Shown: positions 13,155 through 27,893, counted from the stretch's first letter. The stretch is DNA of 64,000 nucleotides from Octopus vulgaris (GCA_951406725.2 OX597821.1:40672001-40736000), one strand, 5' to 3'. The notes: generated by a model not told the origin, from the letters alone. Made by a program: numbers and translations.

Positions 13155-14765
13155 GATTCACTATAAAATCATCTTAGCATTTTCTATTTTTGACTTGTTT
13201 TTTCATTTATATCAACTCGTGTGTTCCTTTCCACCCTTATACATATATATACATATATATACATATAAACATACATACATACATACATACATACATGTAA
13301 ACATACATACATATAAACATACATATAAACATACATACATGTAAACATACATACATATAAACATACATAAATACATGTAAACATACATATAAACATACAT
13401 ACTTATAAACATACATACATATAAATATACATACATACATATCTATGTGCATACACGCAATTCTTACATAAATATATCAACCAAATGTTATCATAACAAG
13501 ATACCTGCCCTGGGTGTCATATAGTGGGGGATTGAACCCAGAACCATGCAGTTAAAAAGTTGATTTTATAATCTCAACCCTTTTTTTTCACAGTTTTTGT
13601 TAATCCTAAACATAAATAAATAACTCCAGCAAAATTTGAAATCAGAATGTTGAGGTTCAAAAGAGAAAACTTTGTAGACAATTAATCCAAATGTCTTCCA
13701 TTGTTTTAATTCTTCAAACGTGTTGACTGTTGATACAATGGTTGTAGCACCAATAATGAGAGATAAACCACCATCAACCATTTGGATAAGAATCTGACAT
13801 GTTTCCAAATGCTTCCAAATGCTTCCAAATGCAACTGCAGTTCTCTCCAGAATGTTATAACAAAAATAACCTTGCTTGAATATTTCATTTGTTTTGTCAC
13901 CAAAAAATAACAATGCTTGTTGAATAATGACTATTTAATGGTCCACTTTGTTAGCAAACGTATTATTGGAGTCTCCATACTCTCTAAAAATATCCTTTTT
14001 CATCACCAACTTTGTTCACAATATCTTTATTAACTACTTAAGCTTGTACTTATATAATTTTCACATTACTCCAAAATACTTGATACACAGAAAAATTAAC
14101 ATCATGTTAATATGACTTTGATAATCCTCAGTTATTTCTCATGTTCTATAAACTCTTATATTCTTTCATCCTCCTAGATGATAACATTCTCTCACCAGTA
14201 GATCGATAGTGAACATACAATATTCTCTAAAAGCAGCTCAATCCTTTTTAGTACCAATTACCCCGCCCCACTCCGGTTTTATGATACAAACTCAATGTTT
14301 ATGGTGATCTAAATTAAAATCTTCCATCAAATTTTCATGCTAATTTACGTTCTAAACACCAGCTGGATAATGGCAAAGTTATTTCATTAAATTCTTTATT
14401 ATCTTTAATATTAACTGAAACAAAAGCAGTGTATTTAGACAGAAATATGGTACCAAAATGTTTCATCAGTTAAATATTGGTCTCAAGAGAAGAGAAAAAG
14501 AATTCTACCCATGTTGGGAATTTCAATTTTCTGTTTTCTTTGTTGCAGGAATTGAACTAACACGAAGCAAAATACTTCAGATTTGTGTAAAATACAGCAC
14601 TTAACACTTAAAAGCAGACATTAAATTATGGTGTTGGATGTTGTTCACCTCAAGTTGATGCAAATCATGCAAAACCTTCAATCAAAGTTGTTTTACTCAT
14701 AACCATTCCATCCTGTTTCCAAATGTAGGCAGTGAGCTATGACTGAAGCCCTCAAATCAATAAAG

Positions 14766-15366
14766 AGCAAGAGCACTCAGAGAGCACAAACCTCTGCCAA
14801 TCATTCATTCATTGTTCGACCGTGGTCGAGACAATGGATTTTACCATGCTACGCCAGACTTCACGGTCCATCATGGTATTACGGAGGTCCTGTTGCTGGA
14901 TGTCTGTATCCCTGGAGATTACATCAGAGTAGGAGAGTGTGTGCCCTCTAGTATTGCGAGTAGATGGCTTCCAGAGGAGAAGAGTAGAAATTACTTCTTT
15001 TTCAGCTCTACAACCTCTGCCAAGGGCAACACCAACGTCTTCTCAACGATTAACCAGAGATGATTTTTAAAATGAGAATATCTGTAATAAACTTGACTGC
15101 TCTCACAAATGAGAATACTAAAAATGAACCTGACTGCTCTCAAAAATTAAGTAAAAAAAAAAGAGAAAAATAATCCAGAATCCTTGTCTAGCACCAAATC
15201 GATCCCAAAATCTAATCAGTTCGTGATAGTCACAAGGCCAAAAATCCCTGAAAGTTTCATCTGAATCTATTCAGCGGTTCTTGAGATATCCTGCCCATGG
15301 ACAAACAAACAAACAAACAAATATGACTGAAAACAATACCTCCTCCTTTGCTAAGGTGGAGGTAAT
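14766..15366 (-). mobile_element. HINE/DINE-1-like element (second copy) containing an RTE insertion
   Basis: Reverse complement of 6470-7030. Ends in ggtggaggtaataa. Confidence 0.6.
14801..15009 (-). mobile_element. Short 3' end of an RTE-clade LINE with target-site duplication
   Basis: The minus strand encodes LLLWKPSTRNTRG..DLRNTMMDREVWRSMV and has a (TGAA)n tail. TSD aacctctgccaa at 14789-14800 and 15012-15023. Confidence 0.8.
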
Positions 15367-16348
15367 AAAGAATAGTATACCCACAACTAAATTATCTAAT
15401 GGTTTATGACCCAATCTTTTTGTGAGATGGAAGGGTGTGATTTAAGGGAGAGCTGGATACTGTTTGATTCTAGTTCAAAATAGTGGCTCTCAGTATTGGA
15501 GCTTCTTAAGGTGAGAAGGAAGAATAACTATAATAATTTACTGTTTTTAGACTCATAACACATATTCTATAAAAGTCAATTTCAAGTTCAACAAATTATA
15601 ATTAATATTTAGCTCTCATGGTGATTTTATATAAAAATCTGTTCCTAAGGGTTTCAGTAAATATCTGTTAGTAAGTTTTCCAATCATTATTGAAATTGTT
15701 CTGTTGAAAATGTTCCTTTTGACTTAACATTGGTTCTGTCCTAATTGACTCATCATAAAAGTCTTCTAAATATAGAACAAGACTTCTGATGAAAGCTAAA
15801 CATTTCCCTTTCAGAATAACTCTGAATTTGAACAAAACTCTAAAACATGAGTAACATTTTAAGAATGAATTAAAGGATTCCATATTTAGAAATGAAGGGA
15901 CTCTAAAATACTGTCCTCTTGAAGCGTTGTGCTGTATTTAATATAAAAATTAAACATTTGATTAAAAGAAAAAGTAGATAACAGAAACTTATCAGACAGT
16001 GTTTTTTTATTACATTTTTAGAGATGCTCTGGTAAAGACAATCTCGTAATCATTTGGCGAATTAATAAATAATAAGTTAGTCTGGAAGTGTTTTTCATAA
16101 GTTTTCACTATTCAAGTGATAATTTACAAACGGAAATAGTTGCCAAGAAATTCTGTTCCAGTAGACTATGACCAGGGTGAATGTGTTAAAGGAATGGTCA
16201 GAGTCAGGTATATTAACGTATACATGATACATTTGGCTCTATCGCTTTACATTGTGAGTTTAAATCTTACTGAGACCAATTCTGTATTTCATTCTTGTAG
16301 GGGGTCAGTAAAATCATGTACAAGTCTAGCAAGGGTTGATATCATCAA

Positions 16349-16389
<41 letters not shown>

Positions 16390-17982
16390 GCCAGGGTTTT
16401 AAATCCAGGTTTTGTCCCCGTTAACTGGGGTGGCCAGATATACCTCATTGCCATAGCAACCAAGGTAAGCAGGTACAGCCCACCACAAACTTTTGGCTGG
16501 CTGGCTGGTGCCCCTTCTTCCTTGCTATCATGAGGCTTTTTTGGAGCTGGATTTTCTACAGGGAGCCCTTGCTTACCCCCAACCTCAGTTTCTAGACATG
16601 AGTGGTCCCAAGACCAAAGCCTCAACCACAATTTTCAAGAAATGTGGTGGAAAACTAGCTCAGGAAGGCTGGGATGCTACCTCCTGGGACCCACTTTGGA
16701 GACCCCCTACCTATATGTATTTGTATAATGCATCCTAGATGTAAATAAAATTATAGAAGACAGAATATTTCTATCATGGAAGTTCTGTGTTCTGATATGT
16801 AGATTCTGCAATAATTGAAGGTCCAGCATGCAAGATGGTAGGATGGTAGGATGGTATGCTTATACAGTAAAAAGGAATCCCTTTGTTGTAAGTTCAGTAA
16901 CTGGAATTGGAAATACCCATGCAGTATACCAAAACTTTGCAACAAAATCCACCCAAGAATTTCAATTAATTTTTTAAATCATCAAGAATTTGGAAGAATT
17001 TAGTGAAATAATTAAATTCTCTTTTATTAAGCCAGACCTTGGAACATAACTTAACAAATTGGCTCTTATGATAGAAGGATTTAATTTACATATAAATACT
17101 TTGAAACGAACAGATTTATATCATAGAATATGAGGGCCAGTCTCCGGTGGGTTCGTATCAAACGGGTTAATAATACAGATATATTTCATCTAGATTTAAA
17201 TCAGTGATTATACATTGCACAGTGAGACTCCAATGAATTTCTATAAATACTGCCAGTCTTAGAGAAGACAATATAGAATTGGTTAGGAAGTGAAATATCA
17301 TATAGCAGTTCCAACTCTGATAGATTATTTAATTATCATCAATAACTTCAAATAGAATCATTATCATCTGAACTTGAGTGACCAGCATCAAGTAAGGTTC
17401 TAATTCAATCCTTTAAAAATTTAAATGGAGGTGAGGTTGAGGAAGAAATGCAAGACATTTCAGATTTGGTTTGGCCATATTTCTGACATAACAGGTCAAT
17501 GCAATTAACCCATTTACATTACATTCTCAGTCATTAGGTAAATTAATCATACAGATGAAATTGAAACTTACTTCATTAAGCTCATCTCACTTCAGTATCA
17601 TTTAAAAATCTAGTTTATTAAATATTTAATCATGTCTAAGATTTGTAAACTACTTCAATTGAGCTATTGAGTGGCATCAACAATATTCTACTCTGAAGAA
17701 TTTATTTTGCAATCAGAATAATTGCGGACTGGATACAGCACTAAAACCATGCATGATGGGTTGATTTTTTTTTTTAGAAGAGGCTAACCAGTTTTAACCA
17801 ATTTCAGCTAATTTTGGATACCGACGTGTATGAGACCATCTCACCCCACTCAAGCATCTTAAGTTGGAAGGTTAGAAGAATGTGGAGTAAGAAGCAAGCT
17901 TGGTGAAGTGCTCATTAAAATAGTACAGTAGTGATGGCAGCTGTGATGTGTGTGTGTGTGTGTAATATATTATCATTAAAAA

Positions 17983-18394
17983 GTGGCGAGCTGGCAGACA
18001 CGTTAGCACACCGGGCGAAACGCTTAGCCGTATTTCGTCTGCCGTTATGTTCTGAGTTCAAATTCCGCTGAGGTCGACTTTGCCTTTGACCCTTTCTGGG
18101 TCGATAAATTAAGTACCAGTTACGCACTGGGGTAGATGTAATCGACTTAATCCATTTGTCTATCCTGATTTGTCCCCTCTGTGTTTAGCCCCTAGTGGGT
18201 AGTAAAAAAATAGGTATTTCGTCTGCCGTTATGTTCTGAGTTCAAATTCCGCCGAGGTCAACTTTGCCTCTCATCCCTTTGGGTCGATAAATTAAGTACC
18301 AGTTATGCACTGGGGTCGATGTAATCGACTTAATCCCTTTGTCTGTCCTTGTTTGTCCCCTCTATGTTTAGCCCCTTGTGTGCAATAAAGAAAT
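17983..18394 (+). mobile_element. tRNA-derived SINE family B, internally duplicated
   Basis: A-box-like gagctggcag and B box gagttcaaattcc. The core gcctttcatcctttcggggtcgataaattaagtaccag resembles the Meta/MESC SINE domain (from memory). The body is repeated twice. Confidence 0.8.
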
Positions 18395-18654
18395 ATATAT
18401 TATCATTAGCATCATTTTTTTAATGTTCACTTTTCCATGCTTGGAAGGTATATGCTTATGCTAAACATCTGGTAGTCTATTCACAACAATTGGGTGAGGA
18501 TGATGATTAAGCAGAAGTGCTCTGAGATCACTAGTTTCTTGGTTGATATTTTGTCATATATTAAGGCATAACCTTAGATCCACACTAACAGTTAGCTGTT
18601 GAGAATAAGTACAAGATCATATACAAATGTTAGCTGCAATATTTTGGTATCCTA

Positions 18655-19050
18655 AGGCAGTGAACTGGCAGAAATGTTAGCATGCCGGGCGAAATGTTTA
18701 GTGGTATTTTGTCTGTCTATATGTTCTGATTCCGCCAAGGTCGACTTTGCTTTTCATCCTTTCGGGGTCGATAAATTAAGTACCAGTTACACACTGGAGT
18801 CGATGTAATCGACTTTATCCCTTTGTCTGTCCTTGTTTGTCCTCTCTGTGTTTAGCCCCTTATGGCTAGTAAAGAAATAGGTATTTCGTCTGCTGTTATG
18901 TTCTGAGGTCAAATTCCACCAAGGTCAACTTTCCCTTTCATCCTTCGGAGTCAATAAAATAAGTACCAGTTGTGTACTGGGGGCGATCTAATCGTCTGGC
19001 TCCCTTCCCCAAAATTTCGGGCCTTGTGCCTAGAGTAGAAAAGAATATTT
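18655..19050 (+). mobile_element. SINE family B, internally duplicated
   Basis: Same structure as 17983-18394. Further degraded copies at about 35181-35385, 56800-56945, 58830-59055 (-) and 63240-63545. Confidence 0.8.
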
Positions 19051-19761
19051 TGGTGTCCTTTCCTCTCAGAGATTTATCTCTTATCTTGTACCAAGAAACA
19101 AAATCCTAACAGTGGCCCTTAAAAACACTTCATGGTTTCAAGGGCAGTTTACATTATATTTATTTCCAACAACACAATGAGTCAAAGTATGAAATTCTTG
19201 CAGCAAATTTGAACTCGTAGTCCAGTACCATTTCCACTCAACTGTTACATTTCCAAATTTGGATTACAAACTATTTTATTAAATGAAATTGTAAAATTGA
19301 CAGTAGGCCTCATGAAATTCAAGCAAACCAACATATGAGTGCCACATATATCTCTGTTCACAGCAATCAAAGCATTTCAGTAGATATTCACAACTGCATC
19401 AATGAATTACTTAAGGTTCATGTGTGTTTAGGTTTTTGTTTTATTACAATATCATAGAGTGATAACTGTATTGTTGTATAAACACAACCTGTATATTATG
19501 GCTGGCCATTACAAGGATCACACTGGGTCCTGTAACCCATCAAATCGTCACAGCATGATCGCATATACATACACAAAGAGACAGATGCACAATTTTTATT
19601 ATAAACTCACTGACATAAACACAAATATATGCACGCACGTTCAGAGAAACACAGGAATACACTGACATACACGCACATGCACGTACAGACACACACATCC
19701 ACAGACACACACAGCCACAGACACACACGAACGCACATACACAAATAGATAGAAACACACT

Positions 19762-19793
<32 letters not shown>

Positions 19794-20264
19794 TGTACGT
19801 ATACATACTGGTTCCTGTACACACAAACATATTTATTCAGTTAAGGTGAAAGGGATTTCTTGGTTCAGTGGTTTTCTCTCTAAGCAGTAACAACAACCAA
19901 AGCACACACACACACACACACATAAAGAAACACACTTATACAAGCATATATGTACATACATATATACATATACACCCACATACAATGCATTGCACATACT
20001 AATGTTTGATTCCAAGCTAAAGCTTAGCCTGAAAGTATTTCATGGTTCACTTACTTTCTACAAGAATATTAGCAAGAGCAATCCTTCTTCTCTCTCTCTC
20101 TCTGTTAATGTTTCTCTGATACTTTCTCTCCCTCTTCCTCACTCTCTTTCACTCTCCCTTTCTGTTAATATTTCTCTGATACTTTCTCTCTCTCTTCCTC
20201 ATTCTCTTTCACTCTCCTTCTCTCTCTTCCCTCCTCACACTCTTTCCCTTTCTTCATCTATTCT

Positions 20265-20325
<61 letters not shown>

Positions 20326-20636
20326 AGAAACACATGACCATACACAAACACATAGATATACTCACACCGGAAACACACCAAATATCAACTGCTGCAATCT
20401 AACCACACTCAAACAAAACATGGAAACATCTCCTTGCAAATACACACACAGACACACAGACTAGCACACACACTAGCATTGAACTCAAACACGCACAGAC
20501 ACATCTTCATATGCAGCATTAATACAAACGCATACATAAAGATGAATATGATTACACAGAGAAAGCATACAGACGCACTCATACACACACATACACATAT
20601 AGATGTAATGATTGTATATATATATATATATAATCT

Positions 20637-20864
20637 TTTATTCTTTTACTTGTTTCAGTCATTTGACTGTGGCCATGCTGGAGCATTGCCTTTAGTCAAA
20701 CAAATCGATCCCAGGACTTATTCTTTGTAAGCCTAGTACTTATTCTATCAGTCCCTTTTGCCGAACTTCTAAGTTATGCTGATGTAAACACACCAGCATC
20801 AGTTGTCAAGCGATGCTGGGGGCGACAAACACAGACACAAAAACATATACACACACACACATAA

Positions 20865-20905
<41 letters not shown>

Positions 20906-21512
20906 CGCGGGAGTGGCTGTGTGGTAAGTAGCTTGCTAACCAGCCACATGGTTCTGGGTTCAGTCCCACTGCGTGACATCTTGGGCAAGTGTCTTCTGCT
21001 ATAGCCCCGGGCCGACCAATGCCTTGTGAGTGGATTTGGTAGACGGAAACTGAAAGAAGCCTGTCGTATATATGTATATATATATGTATGTGTGTTTGTT
21101 TGTGTGTCTGTGTTTGTCCCCCTAGCATTGCTTGACAACCGAAGCTGGTGTGTTTATGTCCCCGTCACTTAGCGGTTCGGCAAAAGAGACCGATAGAATA
21201 AGTACTGGGCTTACAAAAAGAATAAGTCCCGGGCTCGAGTTGCTCGATTAAAGGCGGTGCTCCAGCATGGCCGCAGTCAAATGACTGAAACAAATAAAAG
21301 AGTAAAAGAGAAAAGAGTATATATATATATATATATATACATATATACGACAGGCTTCTTTCAGTTTCTGTCTACCAAATCCACTCACAAGGCTTTGGTA
21401 GGCCTGAGGCTATAGTAGAAGACACTTGCCCAAGGTGCCACGCAGTGGGACTGAACCCCCAAGAACCATGTGGCTGGTAAGCAAGCTACTTATCCTGCAG
21501 CCACTCTTGCGC
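20637..21512 (-). mobile_element. SINE family A, split by an oppositely oriented copy
   Basis: The 3' half lies at 20637-20860 and the 5' half at 21345-21512. A plus-strand copy sits in the internal (TA)n. Confidence 0.8.
20904..21318 (+). mobile_element. SINE family A, full length
   Basis: tRNA-like head (tggctgtgtgg A box, ggttcagtccc B box), internal (TA)/(TG) tract and a (aaaagagt)n tail. Confidence 0.85.
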
Positions 21513-21532
21513 TTATATATATATATATATAG

Positions 21533-21757
21533 TCACCATGATAGATTGTTAGCCACTACACGCATTTTTTTCTCTCCTTGTTTTTTTCTTCTTTTTTTCT
21601 CTCTGTGTTTCTCTCCTTTTTTTCTGAGTCTCTTTCTGTAGAAGAGCATAGGCTCGAAATGTAAACGACTTTTTCTATTCCCGAGTGGTATACTAATACA
21701 GCTGTTTGTTTTTTGTACACCACCTGTCTTCATCTTTTTTTTTTTCGTGAACTCTCC

Positions 21758-21760
<3 letters not shown>
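21533..21760 (+). mobile_element. Solo PLE-end-like island in (TA)n with a degenerate hammerhead (21627-21670)
   Basis: CTGTAGA-a-gagc(atag)gctc-GAAA-tg-TA, with agtc/gact pairing for stem I. The core has A6 replaced by T. Confidence 0.55.
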
Positions 21761-21819
<59 letters not shown>

Positions 21820-22120
21820 ATATATATACACACACATACAGGGAAAAATACTAAAGCATTAACAAACAGAATTGGACACAAAACCATGCAAGCTTGTGTG
21901 TTGTTCATTATATTACATGTATCATAATAATATAAAAGAAAAAATTTATCATGTAGTATTTCAGAAAAATGGAATATTTCTTACCAAAATGTCATTTCTG
22001 CTGTCTGGGACTACTGTCATATTTGTAGCCTCCAATAACAGAGATAACATTATATTCCAGTAAAACTCCAGATTAAACAGGTACTCAGTTATTTTATGGT
22101 CCATTTGCCTTAGAAATTAC

Positions 22121-22158
<38 letters not shown>

Positions 22159-22221
22159 CCATCATCACTATCACCATCATCACCATCATCATCATCGTTA
22201 TTGTCATCGTTATCGTCATCG

Positions 22222-22270
<49 letters not shown>

Positions 22271-22332
22271 CAATTAAATATCCACTTTTCCTTGCTTGCA
22301 TGGGTCAGTGGGTAGTTGTTGAGGTAGATTTT

Positions 22333-22742
22333 ACTCTTTTACTCTTTTACTTGTTTCAGTCATTTGACTGTGGCCATGCTGGAGCAACGCCTTTAGTCGG
22401 GCAAATTGACCCCAGGACTTATTCTTTGTAAGCCTAGTACTTATTCTATCAGTCTATTTTGCCGAACTGCTAGGTTACGGGGATGTAAACACACCAGCGT
22501 TGGTTTTCAAGTGATGTTGGTGGGGACAAACACAGACACACAAACGTATACTCATACATATATATACATATACATATATACGACGGGCTTCTTTCAGTTT
22601 CCATCTACCAAATCTAATAACAAGGCTTTGGTCGGTCCGAGGCTACAGTAGAAGACACTTGCTCAAGGTGCCGCACAGTGGGATTGAACCCGGAATCATG
22701 TGGTTGGTAAGCAAGCTACTCACCACACAGCCACTCCTATAC
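22333..22742 (-). mobile_element. SINE family A, full length
   Basis: Reverse complement of 20904-21318. Confidence 0.85.
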
Positions 22743-22999
22743 CTATATCTTTATCTTTTATATCTTTACGCCTATATCTTTACCTTTTATCCTTATTTTC
22801 TCTTTGTTTCAGTCATGAGACTGCGGCCATGCTGGAGTGTCACTTGAAGAATTTTTAGTCAAATCAATCAACCCCAGAACTTATTTTTTTCTTTATGTCT
22901 GGTAATTATTTTGTTAGTGTCTTTTGCTGAACTGCTAAGTTACAGGGATGTAAATACACCTACACCGATTGCAGACACAAAAACACACATGCATATGTG

Positions 23000-23120
23000 T
23001 ATCTACCTATCTATCTATCTGTCTATCTATCTATCTACCTACCTATCTATCTATCTATCCATCCATCCATCTATCTATCAATCTATCTATCTATTCATCC
23101 ATCCATCCATCCATCCATCC

Positions 23121-23172
<52 letters not shown>

Positions 23173-23194
23173 GTTTTTCTATCTATCCATCTAT

Positions 23195-23241
<47 letters not shown>

Positions 23242-23245
23242 ACTA

Positions 23246-23276
<31 letters not shown>

Positions 23277-23301
23277 ATCTATCTATATATATATATATCT
23301 A

Positions 23302-23336
<35 letters not shown>
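23000..23336. repeat. (TCTA/TCCA)n grading into (TA)n microsatellite
   Basis: Read directly from the sequence. Confidence 0.95.
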
Positions 23337-23338
<2 letters not shown>

Positions 23339-23426
23339 CTCCAAGAAAGTTAGGGGTTGTGGGTCATTCAAATGTGTGTGTACTTTGTTTTATATTTATA
23401 TTTATATTTTTATGATTGTACTTTAT

Positions 23427-23541
23427 AATCTCTGACGAGTCCTAGAGATATATATAAGTACCTCATTTTCAACCGCCTATTAGCTCAATATAGGCAGAAT
23501 GAGATGCTTATATCTATGGGCTGAAACAGCTGTAAGTGATT
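23427..23541 (+). ncRNA. Type I hammerhead ribozyme with a very long stem II, in a (TA)n-flanked island (23337-23720)
   Basis: CTGACGA at 23432, an ~84 nt imperfect hairpin, GAAA at 23523, palindromic ACAGCTGT and a GUA triplet. Stem I is weak. Confidence 0.65.
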
Positions 23542-23718
23542 TTAATAATTTATATTCATGTTTTTTAATAATTGCTTGTATTCTTATTTTATATGCATAG
23601 AATAATATTCTATATGTATGTATGTCATTATAATTATCATATTAATAAATAAATAAGTTAACATTTTAACGTCCTAAAGTTGATGAACCAACTATTGTGC
23701 TTCTCCATTTTCTTATTT

Positions 23719-23784
<66 letters not shown>

Positions 23785-24214
23785 CATATACATATATATA
23801 TATATATATGTATACAATAGGTTTTTTCCAGTTTCCATCTACCAAATCCACTCACAAGGCTTTGGTCACCATGAGATTATTGTAGCAGACACTTGCCCAA
23901 TGTGCCACACGGTAAAGTTAACCTTGAAGTCTGTGATTGGGAAGCCAGCATCTTACCACACAGCCACCTGTGCCTCCGGTCAAGGATAACATGACTAGTG
24001 TTTGTGGACTGAGGAGATGTACCCAATCTATGTGTTAGAGTAGTTGGGGATGAAAAGGGTACCCAGCTGTAAAAAGAGAGAAAGTCTTACACAACTAAGA
24101 TGATCAGTTTTTTTTTTGTTCTTTGTTGCTCTTTGTACAAAAGGAGGACAAAGAGCAACAAATGGTCAGATACTGTCAAATCCTATCAACACAGAATGAT
24201 GAATGTAAAATGAC

Positions 24215-24550
24215 CGATGCCAGTGTCACATAAGTGGCCCATTAAAAGCACCCTTCAAATATTGGGCAATATCCTATGCTTGAGAAGACCTGTCAAACCA
24301 AGAGAAATCGTAGTCATAACTCATACCTGTTCCGTCTGTGCCAGTGGCATGCAAAAAGCACCATCTGAATGTGGCCGGTGCCAGTTCCCACTGACTGGCT
24401 CCTGTACCGGCAGCATCTGAGAAGCACCCACTACACTATCCAGCTGTAGAAACCTTGCCAGATCAGATTGGAGCCTGGTGCAGCCTCTTGGCTTGCCAGC
24501 CCTCAGTCAAACCATCCAACCCATACAAACATGGAAAACAGATATTAAAT
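24215..24550 (+). mobile_element. RTE 3'-UTR-related repeat with (GAT)n tail
   Basis: Shares ccagctgtagaaaccttgccagatcagattggagcctggtgcagcc with 1110-1700, 26670-27155, 34390-34715 and 59470-59870. Confidence 0.7.
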
Positions 24551-24584
24551 GATGACAACAATCACGACAATGATGACGATGACA

Positions 24585-24623
<39 letters not shown>

Positions 24624-24941
24624 TTGATGAATACATTAATTGAATTCAGCAAGATTTGAGCCCCAAATGTAGCATCCAGAATCAATAACACAAGTTGGTT
24701 TATTTGATGCTCTAACGATTCTTGCAATTTACCCACTTTCACTTATGTTAATAATAAATGCCACTGGACACAGTTTATATTGATGGAGGGTTATAAAATT
24801 AGATTTTGTGTGTAAGTTATTTGTACAATAGGAAATACAATGCAGAAGATTAAAAAGATTTAATAAGATACATCCATCCATCCATCCATCCAACCATCCA
24901 TCCATACATACATATATATATATATACTTACATATATATAT

Positions 24942-25018
<77 letters not shown>

Positions 25019-25021
25019 CAT

Positions 25022-25093
<72 letters not shown>

Positions 25094-25596
25094 TAAAGTA
25101 CAAATTTATAATGCATTAATAACAAAAATTTGATGATGGAAATATTGAAATATTGTATGAATATATATGAATCATTAAGGCAATGTCTTCTATTATCAGA
25201 ATTTGTTACAATATTAAGAATGGTAAAAAAAAAAAAAAGAAATAAAGCCATTAAATATTCCACAGGGTTTCTACTTCTGTCCGTCTCTATATTTTGTATT
25301 ACGTCTTGTATCTGTTTTACATTCCGTATCTTTGTCACATCTTACAGATGTATCGTATCCCCTATCGGGCAGTCACATCTAGACGTATTACATTGAACTT
25401 GCTTCACATTTTTGCATTGTTTTTTTTTTTCCTCCTGATAAAGAGATGCTGAAGTTCCGAGTAATAAGACTTCCTCGCTTTCAGAAACAGACTGGCTCTA
25501 CCAAGAGTTATCAACATGATTCTATATGAAACAGAGTCATGTAGTTTATACAAAGCATTGTTTGACATATAAATATATAAATATCTTGAATATATA

Positions 25597-25994
25597 GGCG
25601 CAGGAGTGGCTGTGTGGTAAGTAGCTTGCTAACCAACCACATGGTTCCGGGTTCAGTCCCACTGCGTGGCATCTTGGGCAAGTGTCTTCTACTATAGCCT
25701 CGGGCCGACCGAAACCTTGTGAGTGAATTTGGTAGACGGAAACAGAAAGAAGCCTGTCGTATATTTTTATATATATATATGTGCGTGTGTGTTTGTGTGT
25801 CTGTGTTTGTCCCCCTAGTATTGCTTGACAACTGATGCTGGTGTGTTTATGTCCCTGTCACTTAGCGGTTCGGCAAAAGAAACCAATAGAATAATTACTG
25901 GGCTTACAAAGAATAAGTCCCGGGGTCGAGTTGCTCGACTAAAGGCGGTGCTCCAGCATGGCTGCAGTCAACTGACTGAAACAAGTAAAAGAGT
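25597..25994 (+). mobile_element. SINE family A, full length
   Basis: High similarity to 20904-21318. Confidence 0.85.
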
Positions 25995-26669
25995 ATATGT
26001 CTTAAAAGTCAAAACAAATTTAATAATACATTTCAATCGTTTGTACTTTTGCCTGATATATCAATATTCCAGTGTTAAGATCCCTTCTTCAGGAAATCAA
26101 CTGAAACGGTGATGATAACTGACTTCTCTGCAGTGTAGTATGTGTACATGAAGGGTTCTAACTGAGGAATATTGAAATATCAGGTAGCAACACTGACCAT
26201 CGACCATATTATTAATGTTTTATAACTTGCATTGTTTTGGCTTTAAAAAAAGACTATATTTAAAACATTTATTATATGAAATATATTTCATATGTACAGA
26301 GAAGAACGACTTGGAAGAGGAATCAGTAAAAGAACACACTCTCCCTCTTTTTCTCTCCCTCTCTCCCCATCTCCCCTCTTCCTCTCTCCTTCCCTCTCTC
26401 TCCCCTTCTCCCCTCTTCCTCCCCTTCTTCCTCCCCCTCTCTTTCTATATATATATGTATAAAATTTTTCATGATTTGGAATTTAACTCCCATTTCTAGC
26501 ATGATGGAAAACAACTTAGTGGCTTTCCCACAGTGTATAACTCTTACACACACATATAATATATACATATATATATGTATACATATATGCCCTATATACA
26601 CAAACACAGACACATACACACACACGCACATATGTATATACACATTATCATCATCACTATAGTCATTAT

Positions 26670-27153
26670 CATTTTTAACATATGTTTTTTCTGTGCCGGC
26701 ATCGGTTGGATGGTTTGACAGGAACTGGTAAGTGAGAGGATGGCACCAAGCTCTGCAGTCTGCTTTGGCAGAGTTTCTACAGCTGGATGCCCTTCCTAAT
26801 GCCAACCACTCCAAAAGTGTAGTGGGTGCTTTTACATGCCACTGGCACGAGAGCCAGTCAGGCGGTACTGGCAACGGCCATGCTCAAATAGTGTTTTTTA
26901 TGTGCCACCTGCACAGGAGCTAGTCCAGCGTCACTGGCAATGACTTCGCTCGAATGTTTTTTCATGTGTGCCAGTAAGGCAGCACTGGTAATGATCACGC
27001 TCGACTGGTGCTTTTTACATGCCACCGGCACGGAAGCTAGTCAGTAGCTCTGGCAATGATCACACTTGGATGGTGCTCTTAGCACTCCACTAGTATGGAT
27101 GCCAGTCATCGAATTTGATTTCGATTTCACTTGCCTCAACAGGTCTTTGCAAG

Positions 27154-27155
<2 letters not shown>
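26670..27155 (-). mobile_element. RTE 3'-UTR-related repeat with internal tandem subunits
   Basis: Repeated gtgcttttta.atgccac..gcac subunits and a (GAT)n-like tail on the minus strand. Confidence 0.7.

Positions 27156-27893
<738 letters not shown>

Larger units (their letters stand above)
10168..13240 (+). mobile_element. Penelope-like element (Neptune-type), 5'-truncated, with an inverted duplicate of its 3' ~1 kb
   Basis: 10168-11183 is the reverse complement of 12184-13207. The RT/GIY-YIG ORF runs through the spacer and the right arm. There is a ~33 nt tail beyond the right arm. Inserted in (TA)/(CATA)n. Confidence 0.92.

Noticed and set aside
13566-13913. 115-aa ORF as a host gene
   Set aside because: No recognisable domain or splice context, and it is surrounded by stop-rich AT sequence.
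25430-25500. Hammerhead-like CTGATAA..GAAACAGACTG
   Set aside because: The core is mismatched and no UH cleavage triplet follows stem III.
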